Shown here: piece after piece, positions 35,844-47,863 of the stretch | Position numbering within the stretch: position 1 is the first letter of the stretch | Layout of the letters: each line of letters begins with the position of its first letter | Origin: Priapulus caudatus | Lineage: Eukaryota | NCBI RefSeq assembly: GCF_000485595.1 | Contig: NW_014577062.1 | Coordinates: 1,627,293-1,680,877, forward strand | DNA length: 53,585 nt | Direction of reading: 5' to 3' | The notes under the pieces: generated by a model | What the model was told of the DNA's origin: nothing | The model's input: the letters and a program-made list of their open reading frames with translations, nothing else | Databases searched by the model: none | Program-made: the position numbers and the translations under genes

Positions 35844-38800
35844 ATGCGTCTCCAAAGCAAAGCCGCCACCGTCATCGCGATGTGCGTGCTTGTTTTTGTC
35901 GTCGACGGAGGCAAGATACTCATCAAGCCGTGGGCTGGCACAACTCCGTCCAGTCACCATATCATCATGGACAAAATAGCTAAAATCCTCGCGCGCGATG
36001 GACATGACGTCACGTTCTTGCTCGGGTCTAAGGAGCGAGAGGTGGCGCGTAACGGCGGCTTCCTATCGACGGACAGCTACGACCTGCTGACGTTCAACAC
36101 GACTGGCCTACATGAAGAGGAAAACAAGAAGGCGATGCGAAACTATTTAGTAGAATATGGCAATATGTTTGTACTGTTCATGCTGATAAATGCAAAAACA
36201 GAGAGACGCGTTGGTGAGCGCATAGTGGCCGAACCCGATCTTCTCCACAAGATCAAAGATGGCGGATTCGACTACGTCATCATTGATCAGTCAGACGCGG
36301 TCGGTCACCTGCTGGCGAACTACGTTAACAAGCCATTCGCTATTGTTCATAACTTACCATCGAACACGATAATCTACGGAGAAGGTGGCTCCCCACTCGT
36401 GCTCTCCTACACTCCGACACACGGCGTGTATCGTACGGCGCACTTCAGCGACAAGATGACGTTTCTAGAACGTGTGCACAACGTGTTGCATTACGTCATT
36501 GATAAAGTGCTTGTCCACGTCACACTTGAGAGATCGATGAACGCATTCGGCTGGTCGCACGGTTTGCTGCAGGCAAGAGTATAACGTTAACCAGATGATA
36601 TTGTATTATAAGCCTTAGAGTTGTCATTAGCGACGAATCTTCTAATTTAATCACAAGATCGTCCCACCAATTGTACAAATTCACGAAAAATATGAATTAA
36701 CTACTTTGAACGAAAATCTGATAAACTTGTATAATTAACCTAGTCATACGGAATCTCTTACAGCGTCAATTGCGTTAAAATGATTCATTTCTGAAAAGCA
36801 AATCGGTGTCAGCTTATACATGTAAATAATGTTATCTATACCATTTTAGTCGCACGAGAGATACGAAGGAATTACAGACAGGGCAGCGCTAGTGCTTTGC
36901 TCTAGCAACCCTGCGTTTGACCATCCACGCCCTACGATGCCCAACGTCCAGCATATTGGTGGTCAGCTCTGCCAGCCGGTAAAAGCGCTGCCTCAGGTAC
37001 AATAGTAGCGAGTGTGTATCCAGAATCTTAAACCTTTCTGCATGTATTTCGAGAGTAGGTTACCGAATGCAAATAAGACCACCACTCTTCCACGAGACAA
37101 TGCGGTTTCATGAATCACTGTTCGTCTTCAGACTACGGTTATTTTACACAAGTGATAGAAAATTCAGTGGAACGAGTGTGTGATGTAATATCTCTCAGAT
37201 ACACAAATAATGGTAGATAATTTTTCGTACATTTCACTCTTGATATATTTTAATTCTTGCTTTAAAATGGGGAATGGCACTGGTGTAGATTTGTCGCCAC
37301 AACACAATTAACAGGCATTCAACAATATCGTCAGCAAGCTATCTGATTGGCTGATACGTTGATGTTGACTACTCGATCTCAGAATAGCAGATTTTGCTTG
37401 CATAAACTATAGTCAAGTGGAATATTAGAACCTTATCTCACCTATGATACACTGGCTTCATACGCTGTGTTTCCTACGTAATGTCTGGCAATTTCTGTGG
37501 AGCGCAGTTTGCCCATCCATGAAATATGAGATGATTAGGCGTCACCGCTGTTTGTGAGATACACTAGTTTTCACAAACAGTGAAAGAGCATATCGTCTCA
37601 CAATTAAATATCTAAGTTATTGCATCAAATTAGCCCACTGACTTACGGCGTAAGATCTCCTGCCCCTAGCCTACACAAGCGCCCAGCGCGTGTCGTCAAC
37701 GAGGTATATTTGATTAATTGGTATGTTGCTGTTGAAATGTCGACTTCAGAATCAAAAATCCTGAAGCCTGCATAATGTGGATCATTCTACTGAGTCTGAT
37801 GTAAAGATCATTATTTATTTGCCTTTCTCGCAGAAACTGGATGATTTGCTAGCGAGGACTAATAGAAAAGTGATATACATGTCATTCGGTACTCTCCTGC
37901 ACGGACCGGGCGGTTTGAACGAGGTAAGGCCGCGCATGCGTAATGGGTGTCTTTAGTTATCACACCATCGCCAGCCAGGCACATTGAGGCAAATAGCGTA
38001 ATTACCGCGCAGGAATTTTAACTTTTGACTTTCTCCAATATGCTCTATGAATGGGAGCTTTATCTACGCGAGGTGATGACATTAACGGTGCCATTATTTC
38101 GGCAATTCAATCTTGAACGCAAATAGATTTTAAAAGTTGTAATATGCATAGCGCTGTTCTATTCCACCCCCCCCCCCCGTTTTTCAGAACCAGCGTTTTA
38201 AGACTGCGCTTCTAGGTGCTGTCTCTAATCTACCGTACCTATTTATTATCGCTAACTTCAACATGACCGGACTTCCAACCAACGTTGTCACATTGGAATG
38301 GGCACCGCAGAATGATCTACTAGGTAATGGAGTGAACTAACGAAATAATATAAACGAAACAAAATTTAGACGCAGGTATGTCACTAGTATTATCAATAGC
38401 ACACGAGCCAAGATTTTACGTGCTCTTTATAGTATACAAAACAATTGAAAAAATCACGCATTTTTTCACAGGTCATAGCAAGGTAGCTTCTTTTATCACA
38501 CACGGTGGAATTAATGGATTATGGCAGGCGATTTGCCACGCCACCCCTGTCGTTGTCATGCCGATCTTTGCCGACCAGTTTCGAAACGCGCACATGGCTC
38601 AAGAGAGAGGAATCGGCGAGATGATTGACTTCCATACTATAACAACAGCAAGCCTACAATCCGCCCTTAGGCGTGTTGTCGAGAATAACGCGTAAGTCTA
38701 TTGCGTACGATAATTACGGTATCTCAGACAGATATGTTTGTCGAGCGTGTATTTTATCTTGCTAAGAATTGCACAGAGATCGGCCAACGACACTACTTTT

Positions 38801-39276
38801 ATACTACAAGACCGATAAAAGCTAATAGTATACTCGCAAATACTAATTAAGTTAACCGTCGTCCTAATTCTTTTATTCAATCATAAATAGTTTAATAATA
38901 GTTTGATGTCGTATCATATCTTACGTATCTTTGCAATTATATCGTTGTTTACATCTAGCCTCAATAATTCCGCAGATATGCAGCACGCGTGCGTCAGCTT
39001 TCGAAACTGTATCATCACAGCCTGCCGATGTCTCCTGATGAGACCGTGTCATTCTGGGTGAATTACACGATGCTCTATGCCGACCAGCAAGCCCCTGCCT
39101 ACACTGAACTGAACTTCCTACAATATTGGCTCATAGATGTTATTGCTTGTCTGCTCGTAATTGCTGCATTCTTTGCGTGGCTAACTTACGTAGTTCTCAT
39201 TGCAAGCATATCTATAAGCACTCGTGACATTCGTCGATGCCGGAGACGTGATATCAGAAACATTATAAGCGCGTAG
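35844..39276 (+). CDS. UDP-glucuronosyl/glycosyltransferase, type B (540 aa); exons 35844-36572, 36850-36996, 37834-37923, 38188-38323, 38472-38691, 38976-39276
   Basis: Same motif set and exon sizes (729/147/90/136/220) as type A; 1623 nt spliced frame; intron 1 starts with GC (CAG|gcaaga) at the position homologous to the type A GT donor. Confidence 0.92.
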
Positions 39277-39344
39277 TTACATTGCTGTGCAATTAGGTAT
39301 ATACCTTTACAAATCCTATATGGAGATATAAAAAGTATAACGAC

Positions 39345-39350
39345 AATAAA
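39345..39350 (+). promoter_or_regulatory. Candidate polyadenylation signal of UGT-B
   Basis: AATAAA about 70 nt after the stop, followed by a T-rich tract; conserved in the copy at ~53318. Confidence 0.5.
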
Positions 39351-40509
39351 CAAAACAGCACTTTAATTGCTTTTTCCTGGGCAGGATGTGACGGGAAAGA
39401 AGTTATTTCTACTAATTTCACTAATATCTGAACTGATTTTAATGTTACATACGTCGCGCAAATGAGCAAAACCGGAAGCTCGTGGCTAACACATTATATA
39501 GCATAGAGAGGCGTTCGTAAAAGTGATTAATCTGTTTACTCTTACTATATTATTTTATCACTAGGTACATTAAGGGCTAAAATTCTTGACGGGAGTTGGG
39601 CAGCGGACCAAAAGCTATTTCTAAAAACATGAGTATCTGAATTTTTTTTTCGCAAAGTGTGAAGTCTGGAAGTAGCATCGTGCGCGTTCTAAGAAGGAAA
39701 TAAATGTTCTAACAAAACCGATATATATATATTACACAAATAAAATCACACATGAATCACGTATTTTACTACAGGTGGCATATTATGACGTTGAGAATAG
39801 ACTGAATCGACTCATACCGCGTAGACACCTAATAGCTGGGTTGATTGCATGGACGCTAATACCATGCACCAATAAACATGTCTCGTCGCCAAGTAGGCTA
39901 CATTGTTTTTGAAATGCATGTTTGCGTAAGTGTAGGACGAGTGATATTTCATGCTGTTCACACTTGATATTCTGCCTATTCCACAATGCAAATAATATGC
40001 CTACTAACAATAAAACTATTCATGTACTGTAAATCGTATTGGTATTTTTAATGACTTTCTCTAAAATCTTTAAGGGAAAGAAACGTTTTCGTCAAACAAA
40101 ATATTTCTTATGAGCATACGTGCATCAAACGCCGCAATGCGTACTCTTAATTTTTTCTTCTACAAATCTTTTCGACAGACCCGCTTGTAACGGCCACCTC
40201 TATGTTCAAAATCCGAGAATCCGTCCCTGACACAAAGTGTCATCATCTCCCGTGACACGAAGCGGTGCCCTTTTAACCCCGAGGGCAAGTGTCGGTAGCA
40301 GTCTGCTTGACCGCACTTCATGAGACACATGCGCCCTTTGCTCTTCTTCCGTAGTCTAAGGACACGTTCGCGCATTTTCTTGAACATCGTCGCGCTATTA
40401 GGCAGGTAAATAGGCTCCTACGCAATTCAACGTGTTATTTAGCATGTACGTTTGAACCTATTTGCGCACACGCCGTCAGATATTACGGAGGACGTGCAAA
40501 AAGCTGGCA

Positions 40510-41222
40510 ATGCGTCTCCCAAGCAAAGCAACAGCCGTCGTTGTGATGTGCGTGTTTGTTTCTGTCGTCGACGGAGGCAAGATACTTGTCAAGAACATGG
40601 GCCGGTCCCGCATGATCGAGTCTGCACTTCATCATGGAGAAGGTGGTGGCGGGTTCCTACGCTCGTCGCGGGGAACGGCCATGACGTCAACTTACTTGCG
40701 AGGCCCCGAAGTCAGCAGACGATGCGTCGAGCACCTACAGTATCCTAACATTTAACGCATCGCTCTCTACTAAGACGAACGCAATGAGACGCTGGTATCT
40801 GCTGAAGTTTGGCAAGTGGTTTCTCAATGTTTAACGGCGATTTAGCGGCGTACAACGAGAAGCGCTTTCTGCGACCAAAAAATAGTTATGGAACCGCGGT
40901 CCTGCTGCGGGAAAATCAAAGATGGCGGCTTTGATTTACGTCATCATCCGATTCACGTGAGCGTGCGGCCGGCTTGTTGCCAAACTACGTTGAAAGCCAT
41001 TTGCTATGTGCAAATTCCCTTCCCAACGAACCACAGTAACTCTATGGAGAAGGTGGCCTCCCCGCTCGTGCTCTTCACTACACTCCGACACACGGCAAAA
41101 TGTTAATCGTACACGAGCACTTCAGCGACAAGATGAAACCCGGGGGTTTTTTTTTTTTTTTTTTTTTTTTCTTCTAGAACGTGTGCAGCAACGTGTTTGC
41201 CTTATCTCATTGATAAAGTGCT
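40510..41222 (+). pseudogene. UGT type C exon 1 fragment with many 1-bp indels (pseudogene fragment or error-rich read consensus)
   Basis: ATG CGT CTC start; VVVMCVFVSVVDGGKILVK, GKIKDGGFD and SPLVL recognisable in shifting frames; aligns with 43410-44010; homology stops near 41222 and is followed by repeats. Confidence 0.75.
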
Positions 41223-41397
41223 TTGAACTATGGTGGCCATAGGACTGCCATAAGGAAATAAAAATGAAATTGAAATGAAAAATGGAAAAAAATTAAAAAA
41301 TGAAATGAAAATGAAATAAAGATGAAATGCAAAATAAAAAATGAAAAAAAATGAAAATGAAATGAAAAAATGAAAATGAATATGAAACAAGAATGGA

Positions 41398-41540
41398 AAA
41401 TGTTTTCAACAGTGGCCTATCGCGCATAGACTGGTACTGACACTCCCCAGACCTCAATACCCCATCGAGTTAAACTAAGCTGAGAGTGGGACCGGGTACC
41501 AAGTCCTATGGCAGCGATAGCCCACTGTGAAAAAACATTT
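41398..41540. repeat. Long imperfect palindrome flanked by (GAAAT)n and (ATTTC)n tracts, MITE-like
   Basis: aaatgttttcaacagtggcctatcgcgcatagactggtac pairs with gtaccaagtcctatggcagcgatagcccactgtgaaaaaacattt; a third partial arm at ~41570-41595. Confidence 0.65.
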
Positions 41541-41654
41541 CGAATTTTGAGGTTTCATTTCAAATTTCATTTCACAGTGGCCTATCGCTGGCCACTCATA
41601 TGGCCCCACACATGCACTATGTTAACCCATAAACCGATCCAGACCACAAAATGC

Positions 41655-43250
41655 AGGAGGCTGTGGATGAAGGAGGAAGGAGAAGGGAGAAGGTGTAGAG
41701 AAGAGGAGGGGAAGAATGGTAGAAGAGGTGGAGAAAGAGGAAGGGGAGAAAGGAGGAGGGGCAGAAGGGAGAAGGTGCGGAGAACGAGGAGGAGGGGGAG
41801 AAGCCTGGTGCGAATGAGGAAGGGGGGAAGAAGGGAGAAGGTGTGGGGAGGGGGAGAAGCTGGTGGAAGAAGGAGTAGGGCGGAGAAGCTGGTGAGTAAG
41901 GAGGAAGGGGAAGAAGGAGGGAAAAGGGAGCTGGTGGAGGAGGAGGGGAAGAAAGGGAAGAAGCTGTGAGAAGGAGGAGGGGAGACTGGTGGAGAAGAGG
42001 AGGGGGGAGAAAGAAGAAGGTGATAGCCAGAAGGAAGGAGGGTAGAAGCTGGTGGAGAAGGGATGGAGGGGGAAAGAAGGGAGGTGGTGGAGGAAGGGGC
42101 GAGAAGCGTAGGTGGAAAAAGGAGGAGGCTGGTGGAGCAAGGAAGAAGGAGAAAAGGAGAGGGGAGAAGGGAGCTGGGTGGAGGAGGAGGGGGAGAAGGG
42201 AGAAGGGATAATGAGGGGGAGGAGGGAGCTGGTGGAGGAGGAGGGGGAGAAGGGAGAAAGGTTGTGGAGGAAGGGGAGAAGCTGGTGGAGAAAGGAGGAA
42301 GGGGAGAAGGGAGAAGGTGGTGAGAAGGAAAGGGGAGAAGCGGTGAGAAGGAGGAGGGAAGAAGACTGGTGGAAAAGGAGGAGAGGGGATAGAAGCTGGT
42401 AGAGAAATTGAGGAAGGGGAGAAGGGAGAAAGTGGTGGAGAAGGAAGAGGGGAGAAGCTGGGTGGAAAGGAGGAGGGGGAGAAATCTGGGTAGGAGACAA
42501 TGAGGAAGGGGAGAAGGGGAAGAAGCTGGTGGAGAAAAGGACAGGTGGGGGAGAAAGCTGGTGGAGAAAAGAGAAGGGAGAAGGGAGAATGTGGTGGAAG
42601 AAGGAGGAAGAGAGAAAGCTAAGTGGAGAAGAGAGGAAAGGGGAGAAGGAGAAGGTGGTAGAGGAAGGGAGGGAGAAGGAAGAAGGTGGTGGAGAAAAGG
42701 AGGAGGGGAGAAGGGAGAAGGTGGTGGAGAAGGAAAGAGGGGAGAAGCTGGTGGAGAAAGGAGGAGGGGGAGAAGGGAGACAGGTGGTGGAGGAGAGGGA
42801 GAAGCTGGCTGAGAAGGGAAGGAGGGGAGAAGTTAGTGGAGAAGGAGGGAAGGGGAGAAGGAGGGGAGAAAGGAAGCTGGTGGAAAGGAGGAGGAGGGAG
42901 AAAGGAGAAGCTAGCTGGAGAAGGAGGAAGGGGGAGAAAAGCTGGTGGAGTAGGCGAGCGAAAGGGGGAGAAATGCAGCGGGAGAAGGGAGCTGGGAGGA
43001 AGGAGGGGAGAAGGGAGAAGCTGGTGAGAAAGGAGAAGGGGAAGAAGACTTGGTTCCGAAGTTCCTCCTTCTCCACCAAGCTTTCTCCCCCTCCTCCTCC
43101 AGCCAGCTTCTCTTTCCTTTCTTCCCACCAGACTTCTCCACTTTTTCCCCTCCTCCTTCTCCCACCAGTTTCTCCCCATCCTTCTCCCTTCCTCCTTGCT
43201 CGCACCAGACTTCTCTCTCTTTTCTCTTTCNCTTCACCTGCCTCTCCTTC
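41655..43250. repeat. Polypurine minisatellite (GGAGAAGGAGGAGGGGAGAAGCTGGT-like units) that inverts to the polypyrimidine strand near 43055
   Basis: Units read directly; the long low-complexity ORFs 41622-43253 and 42529-43599 derive from it; single N at 43232. Confidence 0.85.
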
Positions 43251-43409
43251 CATTGCTCGCCCTGCCTACGCCGCGATCCTGGTCTACGGCTCCAATGTAA
43301 CGGTTTTCTGCTTTCTCTTTGATCGCCTACCTGGAATCGTCCTCGCGGCTAGCGCCATCTCTCGTAAAATAAACTGCACATCGATGCACGATTCTAAAAG
43401 CGAATCTGC

Positions 43410-46400
43410 TACAAAAGCAACAGCCGTCGTTGTGATGTGCGTGTTTGTTTCTGTCGTCGACGGAGGCAAGATACTTGTCAAGACATGGGCCGGTCCCGCC
43501 CGATCGAGTCACAACTTCATCATGGAGAAGGTGGTGCGGGTCCTCGCGCGGGACGGCCATGACGTCACTTACTTGCGAGGCGAGTCAGCAGACATTTAAC
43601 GCATCGCTCTCTACTAAGACGAACGCAATGAGACGCTGGTATCTGCTGAAATTTGGCAAGTGGTTATCAATGTTTACGGCGATTAGCGCGTACAACGAGA
43701 AGCGTTTCTGCGACCAGATAGTTATGGAACCCGGTCTGCTCGGGAAAATCAAAGATGGCGGCTTTGATTACGTCATCATCGATCACGTGGACGCGTGCGG
43801 CCGGCTGTTGGCAAACTACGTTGGAAAGCCATTTGCTATTGTGCATTCCTTCCCAACGAACACAATACTCTATGGAGAAGGTGGCTCACCGCTCGTGCTT
43901 TCCTACACTCCGACACACGGCATGTATCGTACGACGCACTTCAGCGACAAGATGACGTTTCTAGAAAGTGTGCACAACGTGTTGCATTACGTCATTCATA
44001 AAGTGCTTGTCCACGTGACACTTGAGAGAACGATGAACGCATTCGGCTGGTCGCACGGACTGCTACAGGTGAGGGCATGACGTTAACTAGCTTAACTATT
44101 GCTTCTATACTTAGAATAAAATATTACCGCAATATAAAAATAAATATAATAAATAATCTTACTTACCAATGAGGTTGGTTAACTGTTAATACTTATGAGT
44201 TCACTACAATTATAATAAGTATGTAATAGTAAGTTGTGCAGATGTAAAAGTTCGCGTTTCATTAGTCTATCTACAGAATTGCATTTTTTAGACAATGAAA
44301 GGAGATTCTCAAGTCGCGCAAATTCCCGGTTATTCATTTATACTCCTGTATAGGCGCACAAGAGATACGAAAGCATTATAAGCAGGGCAGCGCTAGTGCT
44401 GTCCTCTAGCAACCCTGCGTTCCGCCCCCGGATGCCCAAGTCCAGCCACTATCGGTCGGTCAATCTCCTGCCCAGCCGGCAAAGCGCCTGTCTCAGGTAA
44501 ATAGTGCCACATGAGGTTTATATTCAATCAACCAACTTTCATCTACATGCGTTAAAAGTTCAGATCACGTCATTTCGCTAGAATTAAATCTCTGCAGATA
44601 TTAGGCTTATCATGTACCGACAGGATCTGGTAATACTTNNNNNNNNNNNNNNNNNNNNNNNNNNNNNNNNNNNNNNNNNNNNNNNNNNNNNNNNNNNNNN
44701 NNNNNNNNNNNNNNNNNNNNNNNNNNNNNNNNNNNNNNNNNNNNNNNNNNNNNNNNNNNNNNNNNNNNNNNNNNNNNNNNNNNNNNNNNNNNNNNNNNNN
44801 NNNNNNNNNNNNNNNNNNNNNNNNNNNNNNNNNNNNNNNNNNNNNNNNNNNNNNNNNNNNNNNNNNNNNNNNNNNNNNNNNNNNNNNNNNNNNNNNNNNN
44901 NNNNNNNNNNNNNNNNNNNNNNNNNNNNNNNNNNNNNNNNNNNNNNNNNNNNNNNNNNNNNNNNNNNNNNNNNNNNNNNNNNNNNNNNNNNNNNNNNNNN
45001 NNNNNNNNNNNNNNNNNNNNNNNNNNNNNNNNNNNNNNNNNNNNNNNNNNNNNNNNNNNNNTACGGACCTGGCGGTCTTGACGAGGTAAGGCCGCGCATG
45101 CGCTGTGTATGATTAGACACATTAACAGCCTGGGGGCCGTTAACAGAATCATCGCAAAGTTAATGCTAATGTTAATGCTAATGCGAAGAAATGTGCGAGG
45201 ATTTTTCGTCCTCGTAACTTTATGATATTTCTGTCAACCGTTTACGAGTCGATAATGTTAAGATTAATTTTGTTTCTGACAACGGGCCCCTGCTGCGCCT
45301 CCGAGACAAACTATAGGTTCATCGTCGATTATTTTTTCAGTGAGGACGATCACAGCATACCTCTCTCATTGCTTAACTCACTTACATTAATGTGACGTTC
45401 TGTTGTGAATATTACGAAAACGTACGCGCGAGTTTTTCTAACAGTTGCCGGCAGTTGCTAGCACTTCTATTTTACCGAATAGTGACTTTGTTCTTGCACC
45501 ACTGGCTGCAGTGTTGTCGGGTAGGCTACATAAATTGCATCCATTACAATCATATACTGATATAGCCATACTGTGGCGCAATGCGCTACGTTTGTAGAGC
45601 TAGTATGGCGCTGCGCTTGTTTCTTTCAATTTTCAGAACCAGCGTTTTACGACTGCGCTTCTAGGGGCTGTCTCTAATCTACCGTACCTATTCATTATCG
45701 CTAACTTCAACATGACCGGACTTCCAACCAACGTTGTCACATTAGAATGGGCACCGCAGAATGACCTACTAGGTAAAGGAAAGGATATACGAAATGAATT
45801 CAAACGCACGCAGTTATTAGTAGTACACACGAATATGGAAAATAACATGAAATGTATATACATGATTATGATTTTCTTTGCAGCTCACAGCAAGATAGAT
45901 GCATTTTTCACACATGGTGGGCTTAATAGACTATGGCAGGCGATTTGCCACGCCACCCCTGTCGTCGTCATGCCGATCTTTGCCGACCAGTCTCGAAACG
46001 CGCATATGGTTCAAGAGAGAGGAATCGGCGAGATGATTGACTTCCATACTATAACAACAGAAAGCCTACAATCCGCCCTTAGGCGTGTTGTCAAGAATAA
46101 CGCGTAAGTCTGTTGCGTACGGTAATTACGTTATCTCAGACAGATATGTTTGCCGAGCGTGTATTTTATATCGCTAAAAATTGCACGGACATCAGTCAAA
46201 GGCACTGCTTGCTACAAAAACGACACTGGCTAGAAGAGTATAATCGTCTTTATTCATATTAGTTATAGCTTTATAGTTTATTTCATCAAACCTTATTAAA
46301 ATTCTAGAATTCAGCTCTATATTACCTAATAGTTTGATATGATAATTTGAAGAATATCGTTGCTTATACCAGACAACATCAACAATTCTACAGGTATGCA

Positions 46401-46727
46401 GCCCGCATGCGTCAGCTTTCGAAAATCTACCATCACAGCCTGCCGATGTCTCCTGATGAGACCGTGTTATTCTGGGTGAATTACACGATGCTCTATACCA
46501 ACCAGCAAGCCCCTGCTTACACTGAACTGAACTTCCTACAATATTGGCTCATCGATATAACTGCATGTCTGCTTGTGGTTCTTGCGATCTCTACGTGGCT
46601 AACTTGCATAGCTATCGCGAGAACCGCCCTTATTTGTTACCATCTATACATGAAAGGACCCTGTTCTATATTTAAAGATATTTTAGGGAAATACCAAGTG
46701 ACAGTTAACAGAGGTAAAATTGAATAA
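43410..46727 (+). pseudogene. UGT mosaic copy (type C exon-1 5' part, type A remainder); exons ~43410-44068, 44354-44496, (gap)45062-45085, 45637-45772, 45884-46103, 46394-46727; no ATG and a 29-bp frameshifting deletion in exon 1
   Basis: ORFs 42529-43599 and 43445-44080 carry the two halves of exon 1 in different frames; the first ~5 codons are replaced by unrelated sequence; introns and downstream exons are near-identical to 32057-34409; exon 2 is indel-rich next to the N gap 44639-45061. Confidence 0.8.
45133..45289. mobile_element. Same 157-bp Harbinger-like MITE in intron 3 of the mosaic UGT copy
   Basis: ctg|ggggccgttaacagaatca ... tgtttctgacaacgggccc|ctg at the position corresponding to 32809-32965. 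Confidence 0.75.
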
Positions 46728-47087
46728 AACATCAGTTTTACTTATTCAATACAAAGCAATATTGAAATTGTAAATGTTTCTCTATTTACAATAAACTCGG
46801 TATAAGAAGACATGATGCGTGAATGGTATGTGTATATGTGTTAGCATTGTACGACCATTCGTGTTGCGAGCAACAACATTTTGTGAGAGTCGCTCTGCTA
46901 AATTTGCCCACATTATGTGAATACAAAAGCCCGAATCGCTTTACCTAATTAGGGATTTACAGAGATGTCTTAATTAACACAATATAATATAGTACATGAA
47001 TTTAATTTATTCTGCAAGCATGGCGTGTTAATTGTTTTTGAAACCATTTCTATAAATTTGCTGTCCTATTCGGTGCTATAGCATTGC

Positions 47088-47252
47088 ACTGAACTAAATT
47101 TCCTACAGTATTGGCTCATAGATGTTATTGCCTGTCTGCTTGTGGTTGCTGCATTGTTTGTGTGCCAAACTAGCGTAATTATTGCAGCAATCGCACGTAG
47201 AATCACTCGTATACATCGTCAAAATTTGTTTAAAAAAGTGATAATGATATAG
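47088..47252 (+). pseudogene. Orphan UGT C-terminal fragment (TELNFLQYWLIDVIACLLVVAALFVCQTSVIIAAIARRITRIHRQNLFKKVIMI*)
   Basis: Open for 54 codons plus stop; homologous to the TM/cytosolic tail of UGT exon 6. Confidence 0.72.
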
Positions 47253-47698
47253 TGTTCGCTACATACGTNCGAGTGCTCTAGTTAAAGATATTTTAGGGAG
47301 ATACCAAGTGACAGTTAACAGAGATAAAATTGAATTTACCCATCAGTTTTACTTATTCAATACAAAGCAATATTGAAAGTGTAAATGTTTCTTTATTTAC
47401 AATAAACTCGGTATAAGAAGACATGATGCGTGAATGATATGTGTATATGTGTTAGCATTGTACGAGCATTCGTGTTGCGAGCAACAACATTTTGCGAGAG
47501 TCGCTCTGCTAAATTTGCCCACATTATGTGAATACAAAACCCCGAATCGCTTTACCTAATTTGGGATTTACAGTGCTGTCTTAATTAACACAATATAATA
47601 TAGTAGAGGAATTTAATTTATTCTGCAAGCATGGCGTGTTAAATTTTTTTGAAACCGTTTCTATAAATTTGCTGTCTTATTCGGTCCTATAGCATTGC

Positions 47699-47863
47699 AC
47701 TAAACTGAATTTCTTACAGTATTGGCTCATAGATGTTATTGCCTGTCTGCTTGTGGTTGCTGCATTGTTTGTGTGCCAAACTAGCGTAATTATTGCAGCA
47801 ATCGCACGTAGAATCACTCGTATACATCGTCAAAATTTGTTAAAAAAAGTGATAATGATATAG
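47699..47863 (+). pseudogene. Orphan UGT C-terminal fragment, third copy
   Basis: Near-identical to 47088-47252; lies in a block re-entered after the single N at 47269. Confidence 0.7.

Noticed and set aside
41622..43253. 543-aa Ser/Pro/Phe-rich minus-strand ORF and 356-aa Glu/Lys/Gly-rich plus-strand ORF
   Set aside because: Products of a polypurine minisatellite that cannot form stops; they span an N junction.
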